A stretch of 64,000 bases of DNA, taken from Octopus vulgaris (taxonomy: Eukaryota). The DNA lies in contig OX597816.1 of NCBI GenBank assembly GCA_951406725.2, positions 164,548,001 through 164,612,000 of the forward strand, given 5' to 3'. The notes under the pieces are model-generated. The model did not search any database. It saw only the letters and a program-made list of their open reading frames with translations, and was not told where the DNA came from. A program made the position numbers and the translations under genes. Shown piece by piece: positions 26,764 to 41,589 of this stretch (position 1 is the first letter of the stretch; each line of letters begins with the position of its first letter).

Positions 26764-27780
26764 AAGGTTCATTCCAGAAGTTTTGAGACTTCTTCGAGGG
26801 AGACATACATTTATCTTGAATAAGTACAAAACTGTAATTCTCAAAAATGGATGTTCTGGATTCCTGTGCACACTTGCCGTAGGGTTTCAGGCACATCATG
26901 AAGGCCCTACGGAAATCCTCAAAGTGAAGGTTTCCAGGATCATTTTCACAGCCTCCTTCATCTTCTCGATGCCATTAAAACAACTACCCCTGCGGTTCTT
27001 CTTCAGCCTGGGGAACAACTAAAAGTCTTGAGGGAGCAGGATGTAGGGACTGTAGGGATGGTTTTGGTACCCATTTCTCTCAAATAGCTGGTTGCCAATA
27101 TGGAGTTGTGCCTTGTCTTGGTGCAGGTGCCACCGACCCGAATGAATGAGCTCTGTCCTTTTGGGACGAAATACTTTCCTGAACTCTCCCAAAACCTCCA
27201 ACAAATTACTCTGTTGACCGTCTGGCCAGAGCGGACCTTGTGAATGCAGATGATGTCCTTACTCTCGAAAAAGGGATTTTCATGAACTTACCAGTGAATT
27301 TGCTTTGACTGACTTTCTTGGGACTGGTGAAACCAAGATGCTTCCAATGGGCATTCTGTCTCTAGGTCACCAGAAACTCAAGTAATCTTGGATTAGAAGT
27401 AAGCAACTCACCCACCTCCCTGCTGTCACCAAAGCATCTTTCCTTCCGTCCGTCACTGATCATCTTGGGGACAAGCTTCGCACAAATTGTGCACATGCTC
27501 AGTTCTTCATGAATAATTATGTGTACAGTTGCCATACCAACCTCAAACTGTATACTTATTGTCATTGTAAACACACGACTGTCTTCATCCAAAACGTTGC
27601 GAATTTTCCTAACCATATTCTGACATTCCTTCTTCCTCCCACATCACTCATCGTGTCTCACCTCCTCTTCTCTACCACACTTGAACCTCCATAAGCAATC
27701 TGGTGCTTTTCATCAGTTTCTTTGGCGTTTTTGCCCAGTTTAATACAAAAAATTATTGCATAAGGAGCTTCGTACTGCTA
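26761..27780 (-). pseudogene. Mariner transposase fossil
   Basis: ICAKLVPK (WVP-like), WHLHQDKA and HPYSP..LPQDF motifs with frameshifts. TIR-like end TACAAGGTTCATTCCAGAAGTT. Confidence 0.85.
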
Positions 27781-28397
27781 TATGTGCATAATATATATGC
27801 ATATATATGCGGCGAGCTGGCCGAAACGTTAGCACGCCGGGCAAAATGCGTAGCCGTATTTCGTCTGTCGTCACGTTCCGAGTTCAAATTCCGCCGAGGT
27901 CGACTTTGCCTTTCATCTTTTCGGGGTCGATAAATTAAGTGCCAGTTACGCACTGGGGTCGATGTAATCGACTTAATAAATTTGTCTGTCCTTGTTTGTT
28001 CCCTCTGTGTTTAGCCCCTTGTGGGTAGTAAAGAAATATATATATATATATATGCATAATTCTTTGTCTGTTGTATTTCTATAATGTATTGTTTCTTTCT
28101 GTCTTAGTATACATTCGGTAGATTTTTGCCCAGTAGCTTAATAACTGCACTTGCACCTCCAAGATTGAGTGGCCTCAATGGTAATGGCGCGAAACCACTG
28201 TGATATTTTGGGTCATTGACTGACGAGGAAAACTCACCTGCGAATGTTCCACGTATCGTGTCTTTGACTAAATTTCTTGTCCGTTAAGTTTCCGTCTAGT
28301 TTCCCGTTTGCTCTGCTTTCGTCTAACTTTTTCTCCTTGTGTTTTGTCTATTCAACACTTGATACATCCATGTAGCGCAACGCACACCCTGTTTATT

Positions 28398-28507
<110 letters not shown>

Positions 28508-29464
28508 GTATGCATATGTTTATACACACACACACATATAAAGCAATATGTGTGTGTGTGTGTGGATGTACGCCTGTGTGTTTTTGTCCCCCACTGTCGC
28601 TTACAACCGGTGTTTTTACACCAAAAGAAACCAGCAGAATATGTACTCGTGTTTAGAAAAAACGTACAAGGGTCGATTCGTTCGGCTAAAAGATTCTTCA
28701 AGGCGGTGCCCCAGCCTGGCCGCGGTCTAATGACTGAAACAATTTAAAGGTTACAAGACAAGCGATTTTGAATACACTCATATTACCAGAACGAAACTAG
28801 TTTTTGACGTGTGGCAGTTCGTTATTTTAAAATCGAACCCGGATGAATTTCGAACTGGAATCTCAGAGCTCAGAGCTTAAATGGACTCCTTGAGATTTTG
28901 TTCGACGCCCCAGCGAATCTGCTCCAGCAATCCAATCCACAACACATTTCTTCTCATCTTTTTTTTTTTTCCATCCACTTTACACCCCTCCTCCACCTCC
29001 TCCCCCTTCTTATTTTTCCTCCTCCTCCCCTACAAGCTGTCCATCTCTTACTTCTTACTCTTCCTTCTCCTTTCTGACCTGTCACATCCACTCTTTGGCC
29101 CCCGCCTCCCTCCCACCCACCCACCAGAACTAGTAATCAGCCATCAATTGTAATGTCTTCCACCTTTCCTTCCCTCTTTCCCCCATCCATCCATCCACCC
29201 TCTCTTTCTCTCAATCTCTCTCTCTCTCTCTCTTCAACGAAGTCCAAATAGTGATTATAACTCCATTTATCACTCACCCTCCAGGCGACATAACCAAACA
29301 GCTATTCGCCCCAACCCATCCCACCCACACTTCATGCTTTCAGAAAAAAAAAACAACAAAAGCTAATAAAAAACCAAGCAAATCAAATATTAGGCAACGA
29401 TGTAAAAAAAGAAAAAAATGTAATATTTGTACAGCTTAGGGAAGGATTGGTAGATTAATTTAAT

Positions 29465-30050
29465 TACATACATACACACATACACATACACACATACATA
29501 CACACATACATAATGCAAACATACATACATACATGCATTCATATATGCATACATACATGCATACATAGATACATACATACATGCATACATACATACATGC
29601 ATATATACACATGCATACATACATGCATTCATACATACATACTCATGCATGCATACATGCATTCATACATACACATGCATACATACGTGCATTCATACAT
29701 GCATTCATGCATGCATACATGCATAATACATGGATACATACATATGCACACACACATACATGCATACATACATACATGCATGCATGCATACATACACGCA
29801 TACATAAATGCATACACACACATACATACATACACACACATACATACTTATATACATGCATACATACACACATACATGCATGCGTGCATACGTACATACA
29901 TGCATACATTCATACATGCATACATGCATACATACATACATACATACATACATGCGTACATACATACAAACACATACATGCATGCATGCATACATACATA
30001 CATACATGCATGCATACATACACAAACATGCATACATACGTATGTATATT
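29465..30050. repeat. Degenerate (CATA/CATG)n satellite tract
   Basis: Directly visible. Confidence 0.9.
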
Positions 30051-30402
30051 AATGTGTATAAGTATATATGTATACATGTATAGGCGCAGACGTGGCCGCG
30101 AGGATAAGAGGTTAACTTCCCAACCACGTGGTTCCGGGTTCAGTCCCACTGCCTGACACCTTGGGCAAGTGTCTTCTACTATAGCTTCTGCCCGACCAAA
30201 GCCCTACGAATGGATTTGGTAGACGGAAACTGGAAGAAGCCCGTCATATATATATATTCCTATAAAATTAGTGTACATTTAAACACAAAAGAAATTACCC
30301 TAACAGGACACCGTACATGCTAGAAGGAAGAGTCAAAATCCAAACCACGGTTTAGAGCAATTTCGAAGGAAATGAAAAATAAAAACATTTACAATATTTA
30401 CC

Positions 30403-30473
30403 TCCCGGACCTAGATTTCGAACTTTAATTAACAAATAAAACAATTTGTTAGGCTAAGTTCTCATCAGCGGGA
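30403..30473 (-). ncRNA. Type I hammerhead ribozyme (Penelope-like)
   Basis: Minus strand reads TCCCG CTGATGA GAACTT-agcc-TAACAAAT-tgtttt-ATTTGTTA-atta-AAGTTC GAAA T CTAG G TC CGGGA. Stem I 5 bp, intact CUGAUGA/GAAA core, stem II 6+8 bp, short near-palindromic stem III, GUC cleavage triplet. Confidence 0.8.
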
Positions 30474-30563
30474 ACGCCAAAAATTAACATACAATTATGA
30501 GACAAAATATCACTTAAAGCCTTGTGAGTGGATTTGGTAGACGGAAACTGAAAGAAGCCCGTC

Positions 30564-30662
<99 letters not shown>

Positions 30663-33479
30663 TGTAAGTTTGTTTGTGTGTATGTGTGTGTGCGTCTGTG
30701 TTTCCCAACTCCCCACCATCGCTTGACAACTGATGTTGGTGTATTTACGTCTCCGTAACGTAGCGGTTCGGCAAAAAAGACTGATACAGTAAGTACAAGG
30801 CTTACAAAGAATAAGACCTGGGGTCGATTTGTTCGGCTAAAGGCGGTGCTCCAGCATGGAACCATGTGGTTGGGAAGCAAACTACTTGCCAAACACCAGC
30901 ACCTACGCCTATGTTCATATTCTTTGCCATCTGTTTTGAATTTGTCACCAACTGCTGATCGTAAAATATCTGTAGCGACCAAAGAGAAATCAAACCAGAA
31001 CGTGAATGGAATGCAACTAACTTACAAAGAATCCGTAACAAAGAGAACATCAATTATACACAAGATTGATCTGTTATTGAACATTTAATACTATGAAGTC
31101 CAGGAGACACTGAAAAATGAATGCGGAAAGGATATATTCCTTTGTCCAAAAATATTTCCAACAGATAACGAGCGATAATGTCTTCTAGTTGGCATCCTTA
31201 AACTCAAGAATCACAACAGTGAAATACCTGAGACATTGGCAAGAAGCAATCCATATTTTGTTTAAGCTATCAACTCATTTGGGGAAGATGAACGCTCCAG
31301 ACATCAGCGTCTTGTGTCCTAGAATTCATTGACACGATAAGCCATTTCCATGGTATGCAAGTGACCGAGATCACAGCATTCCTCTCGACCCCAGTACGTA
31401 ACTGGTACTTAATTTATCGACCCCGAAAGGATGAAAGGCTAAGTCGACCTCGACGGAATTTGAACTCAGAACGTAAAGACAGACGAAATATCGTTAAGCA
31501 TTTCGCCCGGTGTGCTAACGTTTCTGCCAGCTCACCGCTCTTAATAATAATAATAATAATCGTTTCTACTATAGGCACAAAGCCTGAAATTTTGGGGGAA
31601 GAGGCAAGTCGATTACATGGACCCCAGTGCAAAAGTGGTGCGTATTTTATCGACCCCGAAAAGATGAAAGTCAAAGTCGACCTCAGCGGAATTTGAACTC
31701 AGAACGACAAGGCGGACGAAATGCCTCAAAGCATTTCGCCCGGCGTGCTAACGATTCTGCCAGCCCACTGCCTTAAAAGTGAAGCTAATAAGGTATCAGT
31801 TATGACAACAGAAAAAGGGTGGTCTATCACAGAAAAAAAAAGGAAAAACTTGCAATAAAATCTCTCAGCAGGAATGTAATAATCGACATAACTTCGAATT
31901 ATGTACCACGGAGAGATCTTGAAGAAGGAATTCTTTCAAACAAATGTACAGGACATTTTCTGCATAAGCAAAATTATTAAAGAGGAGACTAACTGAACTG
32001 ACAAACTTTGTGTCCTGGGTAGGACTTTAAACTACATCCAGTGGTGAATCTCAAGTGCGGGAGTTCCAGGGATTTTGAAGAAAGTGGAATCACCTGATTG
32101 CTTACTCAAACCCGGAGTAGTGATGCCTACTTCAAATCCAGGCTACGCCAGCTCTGATAATCGGCGGTAATTTGGTCAGCAAAGGCGGCGAGCTGGCAGA
32201 AACGTTAGCACGCCGGGTGAAATGCTTTGCGGTATTTCGTCTGCCGTTACGTTCGGAGTTCAAATTCCACCGAGGTCGACTTTGCCTTTCATCCTTTCGG
32301 GGTCGATTAAATAAGTACCCGTTACACACCGGGGTTGATATAATCGACTTAATCCGTTTGTCTGTCATTGTTTGTCCTCTCTGTGATTAGCCCCTTGTGG
32401 GTAGTAAAGAAATAGGTAATTTGGTTAGCGAATCCTCTGCGACGGTCGACAATCGACAGCAAGACGAGCTGTTACGGACCACACTATTCCATAGTGTATA
32501 TGCATGTGATCGGGGACAACATGTGAATTTGTATTCCAGCAGACACTCCAAACATGAACTCTACTCCTCAGCAACGAATAACAGCTACGGTTACCACGTC
32601 CACGCTATCCAATGTGCTTGCTCTCCCTGTTGGATATACGTCAAATTTACAAGATGGATTTTAGGCTGCAGGTACAAGCATTATTTTAACCGCTGGAATA
32701 TTAGGGCCGATCGTCAGCTGTTGTTAGCATCCGTTAGAGACATGGTGAACTTATTGCTCGGAGCCGGCTCAACCCATCCCGAATAATTCCGCTTCAAGTA
32801 CAAGTATTAATTTTCCAGTGAAAGGGAATTAGCACTGTGTTGTACCTTTTATCTGATCAGCAAGGTTCACTTAGGTAACACCGTTCGCCTGGTTTGGCTT
32901 TTGTCTCAGTGGGAACCCGTCGTTGAAATCTATGTTAGGAAAGTCAAAGAAAAGTAAGAAAAAATGGAAAAAAGGTTACAGTCACATTATTTATCTCTTG
33001 ATAAATTAAATTCTCTCTTCCTCTTCGCTTCGTTTTGAGACACGTTCTGAAAGATCAAAAGCAAAATACCGCTGTTCAATAATAATTGATACGACCCCTG
33101 ATTCCACATATATGTCGAACAGACAACATATATCAAATGTTGCCTTCAAATTATAGATTGTGAATTTAAAATTCAAAAAGAATTCTGTCTTTTGAAAACA
33201 GTTTTCGTAAAACAAGCTGTGAGATTGCAAGCCCGATAAAAGGAACATTGAGTAAAAATATCTTTGAATCGAAGATTTCAAGGGTCACGGATACGACGAT
33301 GGGGGCCAATAAAACAGTCAATTACAAGGGAACACAAAGGATATTACTTACCAAAAGAAAAACTCCCTATGTGGATGTTATTTATTGAATTTATGGTACA
33401 GATTCAGCAGAGACATTTTTGAGGTATTATTGAAAATGTCTTGGCTCACTTTTCTTACAATCAAAAAGATGACAAATTC

Positions 33480-33882
<403 letters not shown>

Positions 33883-35189
33883 AATCATTGCATCGTATGT
33901 CAAATATGGCCAGTCTGAATCGATGGCTCGAAATCATTTGTATCGAAAGTCAACTTACGACACCAAAGAAACGAAGTCAAGTTACTGGAACCGTTAAAGG
34001 TGTTGTCTCTCGTTTCAGTTGCATTTTCATGTTGTCCATTTGATCAACAATTCTTTCTATTAACATCTGCGATATGAAATTACAAACAACAGTTGCCACA
34101 GTATTGCCGTTGTGTTGCAACTGTATTGCTACTGTATTGCTACTGTGTTTCCATTGTACTACCACTGTTTTGCTACTCAGTACAGTTACTAGTGTGTGAC
34201 CACTGTGTTTCCACTGCGTTGCTATTGTGGATATTGAAGTGGACTACATTGAAATGTTCATAAAATATCTGTAGAAACTACGGGAGAAGCTCCACACTGC
34301 TGACAGAAGCAAACCCTACCGCTCGCAGCCTGCATCTTGAAATGAAAGTAAAACAGTCCTGTCATGAGACTTAGGATTCATAAGCCTAGAGAATAACCTG
34401 GCTTTCGTGGCATATAAGGGATTGAGTTTACAACACTCCTACAATTGAACGGTTTGCCGGTTCGCTGGACCGTCGGAGGATTAATTTCATAGCTTTTGCT
34501 GGAACTCATTTGATAGCTGAATGGATTGGAGCAATGTGAAATGAAGTGTTTTGCTCAAGGACAGAAACTGAAACCGGTACGGAAATTGAAACCAAGTGAC
34601 ACTGGGTCAAAACATACGAAGTCCAGTATACACATCATGACTACCCAAATGATAAGGGTACACCAGGCAATGCATCACAAGCATATATACACGACATGGC
34701 GATCTCATATCAAGATAAAAAGCACATGACCTTACAGGAACCCAGTTAAAATTTTCTTCAGGTCGAGTAGTCCGTCCCACTCAAAAGGTTCCTGAATAAG
34801 TGCTGTTTGAGGATGATGAGCAAAACACCCATGTTTCCAGAGTTGAATTATCCAAATCCCAGAGAATTCCCCTCAATACATGTTTATGATGCCCCCGCAC
34901 TATTTCTGCTCGTGGTCAGAGATGCACTTCGGGACATGCTCAACTGGTTAATGTCAAACAACTGAGAAGCAAATCTGTGGTACTGAGCAGAATATTTGCT
35001 GTAGCCCATCTTTTATACCAAGACAAAACAATGTACATGATAACCCCTCCAATCAGTTTAGATGAGGAGCCATGAGAGTCACTGCCCAGCACTGCATCAG
35101 GGCATTTATTATTATTATTATTATTATTATTTGGATGGTGGGATTCATCAAATGACCCTTGAAGATTTCGTACTTCAAGATGGAGGTAT

Positions 35190-35401
35190 CTCTTTTACTT
35201 GTTTCAGTCATTTGATTGCTGCCATGCTGGAGCACCGCCTTTAGTCGAGCAAATCGACCCTAGTACTTATTCTTTGTGAGCCTAGTACTTATTCTATCGG
35301 TCTCTTTTTGTCGAACCGCTAAGTTACGGGGGCGTAAACACACCAGCATCGGTTGTCGAGCGATGTTGGGGTGGGGGATAAACACAGACACACAAACATA
35401 T

Positions 35402-35469
<68 letters not shown>

Positions 35470-35647
35470 GTATACATATATACGACGGGCTTCTTTCAGT
35501 TTCCGTCTACCAAATCCACTCACAAGGCTTTAGTCGGCCCGAGGCTATAGTAGAAGACACTTGCCCAAGGTGCCACGCAGTGGGACTGAACCCGGAACCA
35601 CGTGGTTGGTAAGCAAGCTACTTACCACACAGCCACTCCTACGCCTA
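35190..35647 (-). mobile_element. SINE family A
   Basis: Full-length reverse copy. Confidence 0.85.
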
Positions 35648-35936
35648 TCATCATCATCGTTTAGTTTAGTCTGTCGTATATTTCATATATTTGCTTTCCT
35701 TATTCTTGTTATGCCTTATACCATGTACTCTTTTTTGCTAAATAATTCCGTTCTATTTAAATCCCAGCAGTCGGTGTCCACCTTTGTAATAACCGCCTCA
35801 TGCCTCACCCTTGAAGCAAATAAAATAAATCGTTGTTGTTAAATAATGGTGATGTTCTTGACTGTTATATGGGAATGTAAATATGTTTGCAAATTGCTTT
35901 TGTTACATTTTATTCTGTGATCTGAATACTTTTATT

Positions 35937-36176
35937 TTAATAAATGATGCTTACTACAAGTTATGGATGATTCATTTATGACTTCATTGCTTTCAGGTTT
36001 AGCTTAAGGTATTTTCGCGCCCGACATCACAAAATGCGTCTGAATAGACAGCAAATAGAGACTCGGACATTGCTTAGAAAATATTTTTCAATTTTAACCT
36101 CGTATATAGTACGCACTTGGGATTTTGACCTTTATATTTTAGGGGAAAAATGCGGATTATACTCGAAGATTTACAG
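35937..36176 (-). mobile_element. Truncated copy of the Tc2/pogo-like MITE
   Basis: Reverse complement of about 37328-37577. Ends in TIR ...TATACTCGAAGATTTACAG|TA. Confidence 0.8.
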
Positions 36177-37327
36177 TATATCATAATAAAACCATTGACT
36201 TGTATGAGAGAGCGCTCTAACGGGGCAGTGTAAACAGAACGGAACAGGCCGTTGCAAATGGCGTCTGTCCGTTAAGTTTGCTGTGTTGTTATATTAATAT
36301 AATCTTACTATTTATCCAACTTCCCGAACGTACGTGCAAGTATCAGAAGAAAATACTGCACTGTAGAACAACAGTATTTATGCCAGTGCTTTACGTTCTT
36401 TACGTTCTTTTGATGCTACTCTATACCGCTGGAAGTTAAGGTTCAGATTTTATACGGGGTATATAAGACGAGCCCAAATTTGGGGCTGATCTTTTGAAAG
36501 TTCAAATTCTGTCCTGTACACCGATATATTTTTTCGGCAACTGATGCATTGAAATAAATAGGATAAAAACAAAACAGTATATGAGAAAATTCTTCACTCT
36601 CATTATAATATAAATAACTATAAAAGAAAATTTTCTGCTTAAGTAATAAATCATATTAGTATATTTACTTCAGACGTAGATAAAAAATTGAGAAATTATA
36701 AATTTCTAAAAAGAAAAAAATTCAAGGGAAATAACCCTGTACAAAAATACCAAAGTTGTTTCCCTTAGATATTTTGCCGATACTTTCTTTGGTTGGTGTG
36801 AAATTATAGCCTAATAGTTATGTATGTATAACATTTAGTAGTGTGTGTGTGTAAGTTACCTATATAAAGGAAAATGAATCGAAATGCTTTTTAACTGAAA
36901 ATCAAATCTAACTGCTAAGCTCATTTTGTAGAAGCCCACGAGATGATTCACCGTTTTTAAACAAAAACTATTTTGAATCCAATACTTGTACTACTTGTGG
37001 ACGCGCTTACAAAACTTTCAAAAAAGTAAAAAGAGAATAGAATAGAAAAAAAGAAAGCTCTTATGACTTTTGGAAACATTTGTTCGTGCTCAGAACTGTG
37101 AAAGCATGAAATAAACTATTTCATCAACACTACGTCTGATATATATATGCTCCTTAGGCGTTTACATTTCTCTGTTCATTTCTTTTTTTTTCGTTGTTAT
37201 ATTGTGTGTACTGCGCATGTTCTTTGAACTTCCCTTTCCATTGCACCAAGAGCATATAACTTGACGGGGTTCTAGCAGGGTCACTGTTAGTGTTGGTAAC
37301 ATGTAAGCTACTGCAATCCGTCGCATA

Positions 37328-37843
37328 CCGTAAATCCTCGAGCATAATCCTCATTTTTTCCCCAAAATATAAAGGTCAAAATCCCTTGTGCGTACTATAT
37401 ACGAGGTTAAAAATGAAAAATATTTTCTGAGCAATGTCCGAGTCTCTATTTGCTGTCCGGCAATGTTTAATCAGACGCATTTTGTGATGTCGGGCGCGAA
37501 AATACCTTAAACTAAGCCTGAAAGCAATGAAGTCACAAAAGAATCATCCATAACTTGCAGTAAGCAACATTTATTAAACGTTATTACTGTTATTTCTTTA
37601 TTTTATGCAAACAAAATGCACGAAAAAGCTACACATTTGTTTTATATTATATATACAAGAATAATAATAAAGGACGTTACCGTATACATTTTTACAAACC
37701 AAGGATGTTATATAGACCTTCTTGACTCAAGTTAGAGAAGGGGTGCGTATTATACACAAGGTTTAGGTTTTTCAGAGGTACAGCCCCCTAAAAAATCCCC
37801 TGCGTATTATACTCAAGGGCGGGCTATACTCGAGGATTTAAGG
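37328..37843 (+). mobile_element. Tc2/pogo-like MITE (CCGTA-type TIR)
   Basis: TA|CCGTAAATCCTCGAGCATA ... TATACTCGAGGATTTAAGG|TA. TIR match 17/19, TA TSD. Confidence 0.85.
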
Positions 37844-39569
37844 TAGTTGGTTGGCGACATATGAATATATGTGTGTGTGTGTGTATATATATATATATTC
37901 TTTCTTTTATTTGTTTCAGTCATTTGACTGCGGCCATGCTGGAGCATCGCCTTTAGTCGAGCAAATCGACACCAGGACTTATTCTTTGTAAACCTAGTAC
38001 CTATTCTATCGGTCTCTTTTACCGAACCGCTAAGTGACGGGGACGTAAACACACCAGCATCGGTTGTCAAGCGATGTTGGGTGGACAAACACATACACAC
38101 AAATATATATATATATATATATGAATATATGCATGTGTATATATATATATGAATATACGTGAGTGTGTGTGTGTCTGAAGGAAGAAAAGAAGTGTATTCC
38201 CACGCAAGAATAAATACAGGAGAATTTGTTTTGGTGGTTTGAAAATGCACCTGAATCTCAAAGGGTTCAGTCGTTTTAAAATTTTGTAATAGACTTATTA
38301 TAATGGTATATAAAAAAAAAGTAAAATAAAAAAATAGTTTTGTAGAAGTTAACGTTTCAAGGAATCATTCGGAAAAAAGATGCTTGGAAAATCAAATGCT
38401 CATACAAATTCCAATGAGTGTCACAGAGATAAACTATATATATATATATATATACTTAGTTTTAGGGAAGTGTTTGACTCTTGGAATACACTTCAGGGGT
38501 CGAATATTTGCTGTTTAAAAAAATACCTAAAACTTCACCAAAGCCAGTTAACTGACACACAATTCGTATCTGGTTACCTTTAAAAGAATTTCAAATCTGA
38601 TACAAAATTGTGTTTCAGAAAGAGTTATCTCCCTTGAATTCACATCTCTAAGCCTTTAATGCATCTTTTCAAGTCTAAACGGGAATAGTGGATTGGCAAA
38701 AACGTTAGAGCACCTGGCTAAATGCCTTGTGATGCTTTACATTGTGAGTTCAAATCTAACGGAGGTTAACTTCGCCTTCATCTTTCTTGAGTGAATAAGA
38801 TAAAATATCAGTCAAACACTAGAGATGATTTTTATCAAATAAATCCTTCCCACAAAATTCCAGACTTTGTTTCTGTTAGAGACAATCATGTGACTGCGTC
38901 TATCAATTCTTTTAGAAGAAGACGGTACTCTAGTTTGGACTGTGGCCAAGCTGGAATATTGTCTTCAAGAATTTATTCCTTTTAAAAAGATCAAGTTACT
39001 TTAAGTGTTCAATATTTATGTTGTAACAGTGACAAATTATTCTTTCTTCTCTAGACACAAGGCCTGAAATTTTGGGGGAGGGGGCCAGTAAATTACATCG
39101 ACCCCGAAAGGATGAAAAGCAAAGTCGACCTCGGCGGAATTTGAACTCAGAATGTAAAGACAGACGAAATACCTATTTCTATTTCTTTACTACCCACAAG
39201 GGGCTAAACACAGAGAGGACAAACAAGGACAGACAAACGGGTTAAGTCGATTATATCGACCACAGGGCATAACTGGTACTTAATTTATAGACCCCGAAAG
39301 GATGAAAGGCAAAGCAGACCTCGGTGGAATTTGAACTCAGAACGCAGCAGCAGACAAAATTCCGCTAAGCACTTCGCCCGGCATGCTATCGATTCTGCCA
39401 GCTCGCTGCCTTGACAGAGATAGATTATAGAAATACTAAACAAAGAGTAATTGTGTGGTTAAGAAGTGTTCTTCCTGACTATATAGTTTCAGGTTCAGTC
39501 GCACAGTATTGCACCTTGGGCAAGTATCTCTTTACTATAGACAAATTTAAGACTGGATGTCCATGGGAA

Positions 39570-40130
39570 ATCCTATATGTTGATGAACCAATTGTCATAT
39601 CTAACTCTACAGGAGAATTAGAGAAGTATTAAGGTAAGCTTGGTGAAGGTGAAAGTTCTAGTAAGTAGGAAAGAAGACAGGAATCTTGTCCATACAGGGA
39701 AATACCTTTTTCAATTTACAGAAAAGGAGTGGGTATAAACTCCATACATTGTGCCCAATGTAAGCTTTGGGCATACAAGAGGTGTTGTGGAATCAAAGGT
39801 AGGCTGGTAGAAAACACATTTGGTTGATGCACTGTAGCAGTACGTACAATGAATGCATCAGAAAGAGATGTTGTTGAATGCTAGGATGATTCACAAAAAG
39901 TGGTCGATAGCTTTTGTTATCCAGGAGATATGGAATATAGCTGCTCTGAAAGTATAGCAGCCAGAGTAAGATTGGATGTGCAATGCAAATTGTGAATGAA
40001 TGATAAATGTGCTGAGTGAAAAAAAAATAGTCATTGGAGAGATCAGATATGTGAAAGAAGATTGTAGCAGTATAGATGGACAGGTGTTGCATATGGGTAA
40101 GGACAACTGTATTAACCTGGGCCTGTATCT
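39570..40130 (+). pseudogene. Decayed RTE-clade LINE fragment
   Basis: RKGVG.NSIHCAQCKLW..KRC.GIKGRL cysteine motif. A related 3' piece (...GSPRKIWDEVVKTD) lies at about 41170-41300. Confidence 0.6.
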
Positions 40131-40434
40131 AACTTTATCCTCCACCTCATGAACAAAAGAATATATAGTTGCATAGGCTCAGGAGTGCTGTTGGGTAAGA
40201 AGCTTGCTTACCAACCACATGGGTCTGGGTTCAGTCCCACTGTGTCTAGCACTTTGGGCAAGTGTCTTCTATTATAGCCTCAGGCTGACCAAAGCTTTGT
40301 GAGTGGATTCGGTAAATGAAAACTTAAAGAAGCCTGTCATATGTATATATATATATATGTGTGTCCCGTCCAACCCATGCTAGCATGGAAAACGGATGCT
40401 AAACGATGATGATGATGTGTGTGTGTGTGTGTGA

Positions 40435-40466
<32 letters not shown>

Positions 40467-41451
40467 GATTGGCTGCATGGTAAGTAGCTTGCTTACCAAC
40501 CACTTGGTTCTGGGTTCAGTCTCACTGCGTGACACCTTGGGCAAGTGTCTTCTACTATAGCCTCGGGCCAACCAAAGCCTTGTGAGTAGACTTGATAGAC
40601 GGAAACTGAAAGAAGCCCGTAGTATATATTTATATATATATATGTATGTATATGTTTGTGTGTCTGTGTTTGTCCCCCAGCAACATCGCTTGACAACTGA
40701 TGCTGGTGTATTTATATTCCCGTAACTTTGCATTTTGGCAAAAAGAGACCGATAGAATAAGTACTAGGCTTACAAAGAATAAGTTCTGGGATAGATTTGT
40801 TCAACTAAAGGCGGTGCTCCAGCATGGCCGCAGTGAAATGACTGAAAGAAGTAAAAGAGTATGTATGTGTTTGTCACTTGACAACTGATGTTGATGTGTT
40901 TACATCCCTGTAACTTAACAGTTCAGCAAAAGAGATTGATAGAATAAGTACTATGCTTACAAAGAATAACTCCTGGGGTCGATTTGTTCAACTGAAAGTG
41001 ATGCTCCAGCATGGCGACAGTCAAATGACTGAAACAAGAAAGGCTATACAACTCAGGAGTAATGATTGCAAGCAAACTAACGGACAGAATTGGTGGCATT
41101 TTCTTTTACAGAGTGTGTTGTTCATTACCACTTAGCTGAAAATCCAGCAGAGATGATGCTTAAGCTATTTCCGCTATAGCAGGAATGTGGTATGACAGAG
41201 TTAAGAAGTACCAATCACTTAATGTGGATGGAACTTATAGAAAAGGAAGCCCCAGGAAGATTTGGGATGAGGTGGTGAAGACTGATTTCAGTACCCTGAG
41301 CTTCATCATCATTAAAAGTCCGCTTTCCATGCTAGCATGGGTTGGACGATTTGACTGAGGACTGGCAAACCAGATGGCTGCGCCAGGCTCCAATCTGATC
41401 TGGCAGAGTTTCTACAGCTGCATGCCCTTCCTAACTCTGAGAGTGTAGTGG

Positions 41452-41589
41452 GTGCTTTTACGTGCCACCGGCACAAGGGCTAGTCAGGCGGTACTGGCAA
41501 TGGCCACGCTCAAATGGTGCTTTTTATTTGAGCGTGGCCATTGCCAGTACCGCCTGACTGGCCCTTGTGCTGGTGGCATGTAAAAGCAC
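41452..41589. repeat. Inverted repeat with 64-bp arms and a 10-nt loop, in a SINE-like remnant
   Basis: 41452-41515 versus 41526-41589, 3 mismatches. Confidence 0.9.

Noticed and set aside
28150-28260. CTGACGAG and CGAAAC words in a (TA)n-flanked cassette
   Set aside because: I could not fold stems I-III in a valid order. It may be a decayed Penelope-like tail, but this is unsupported.
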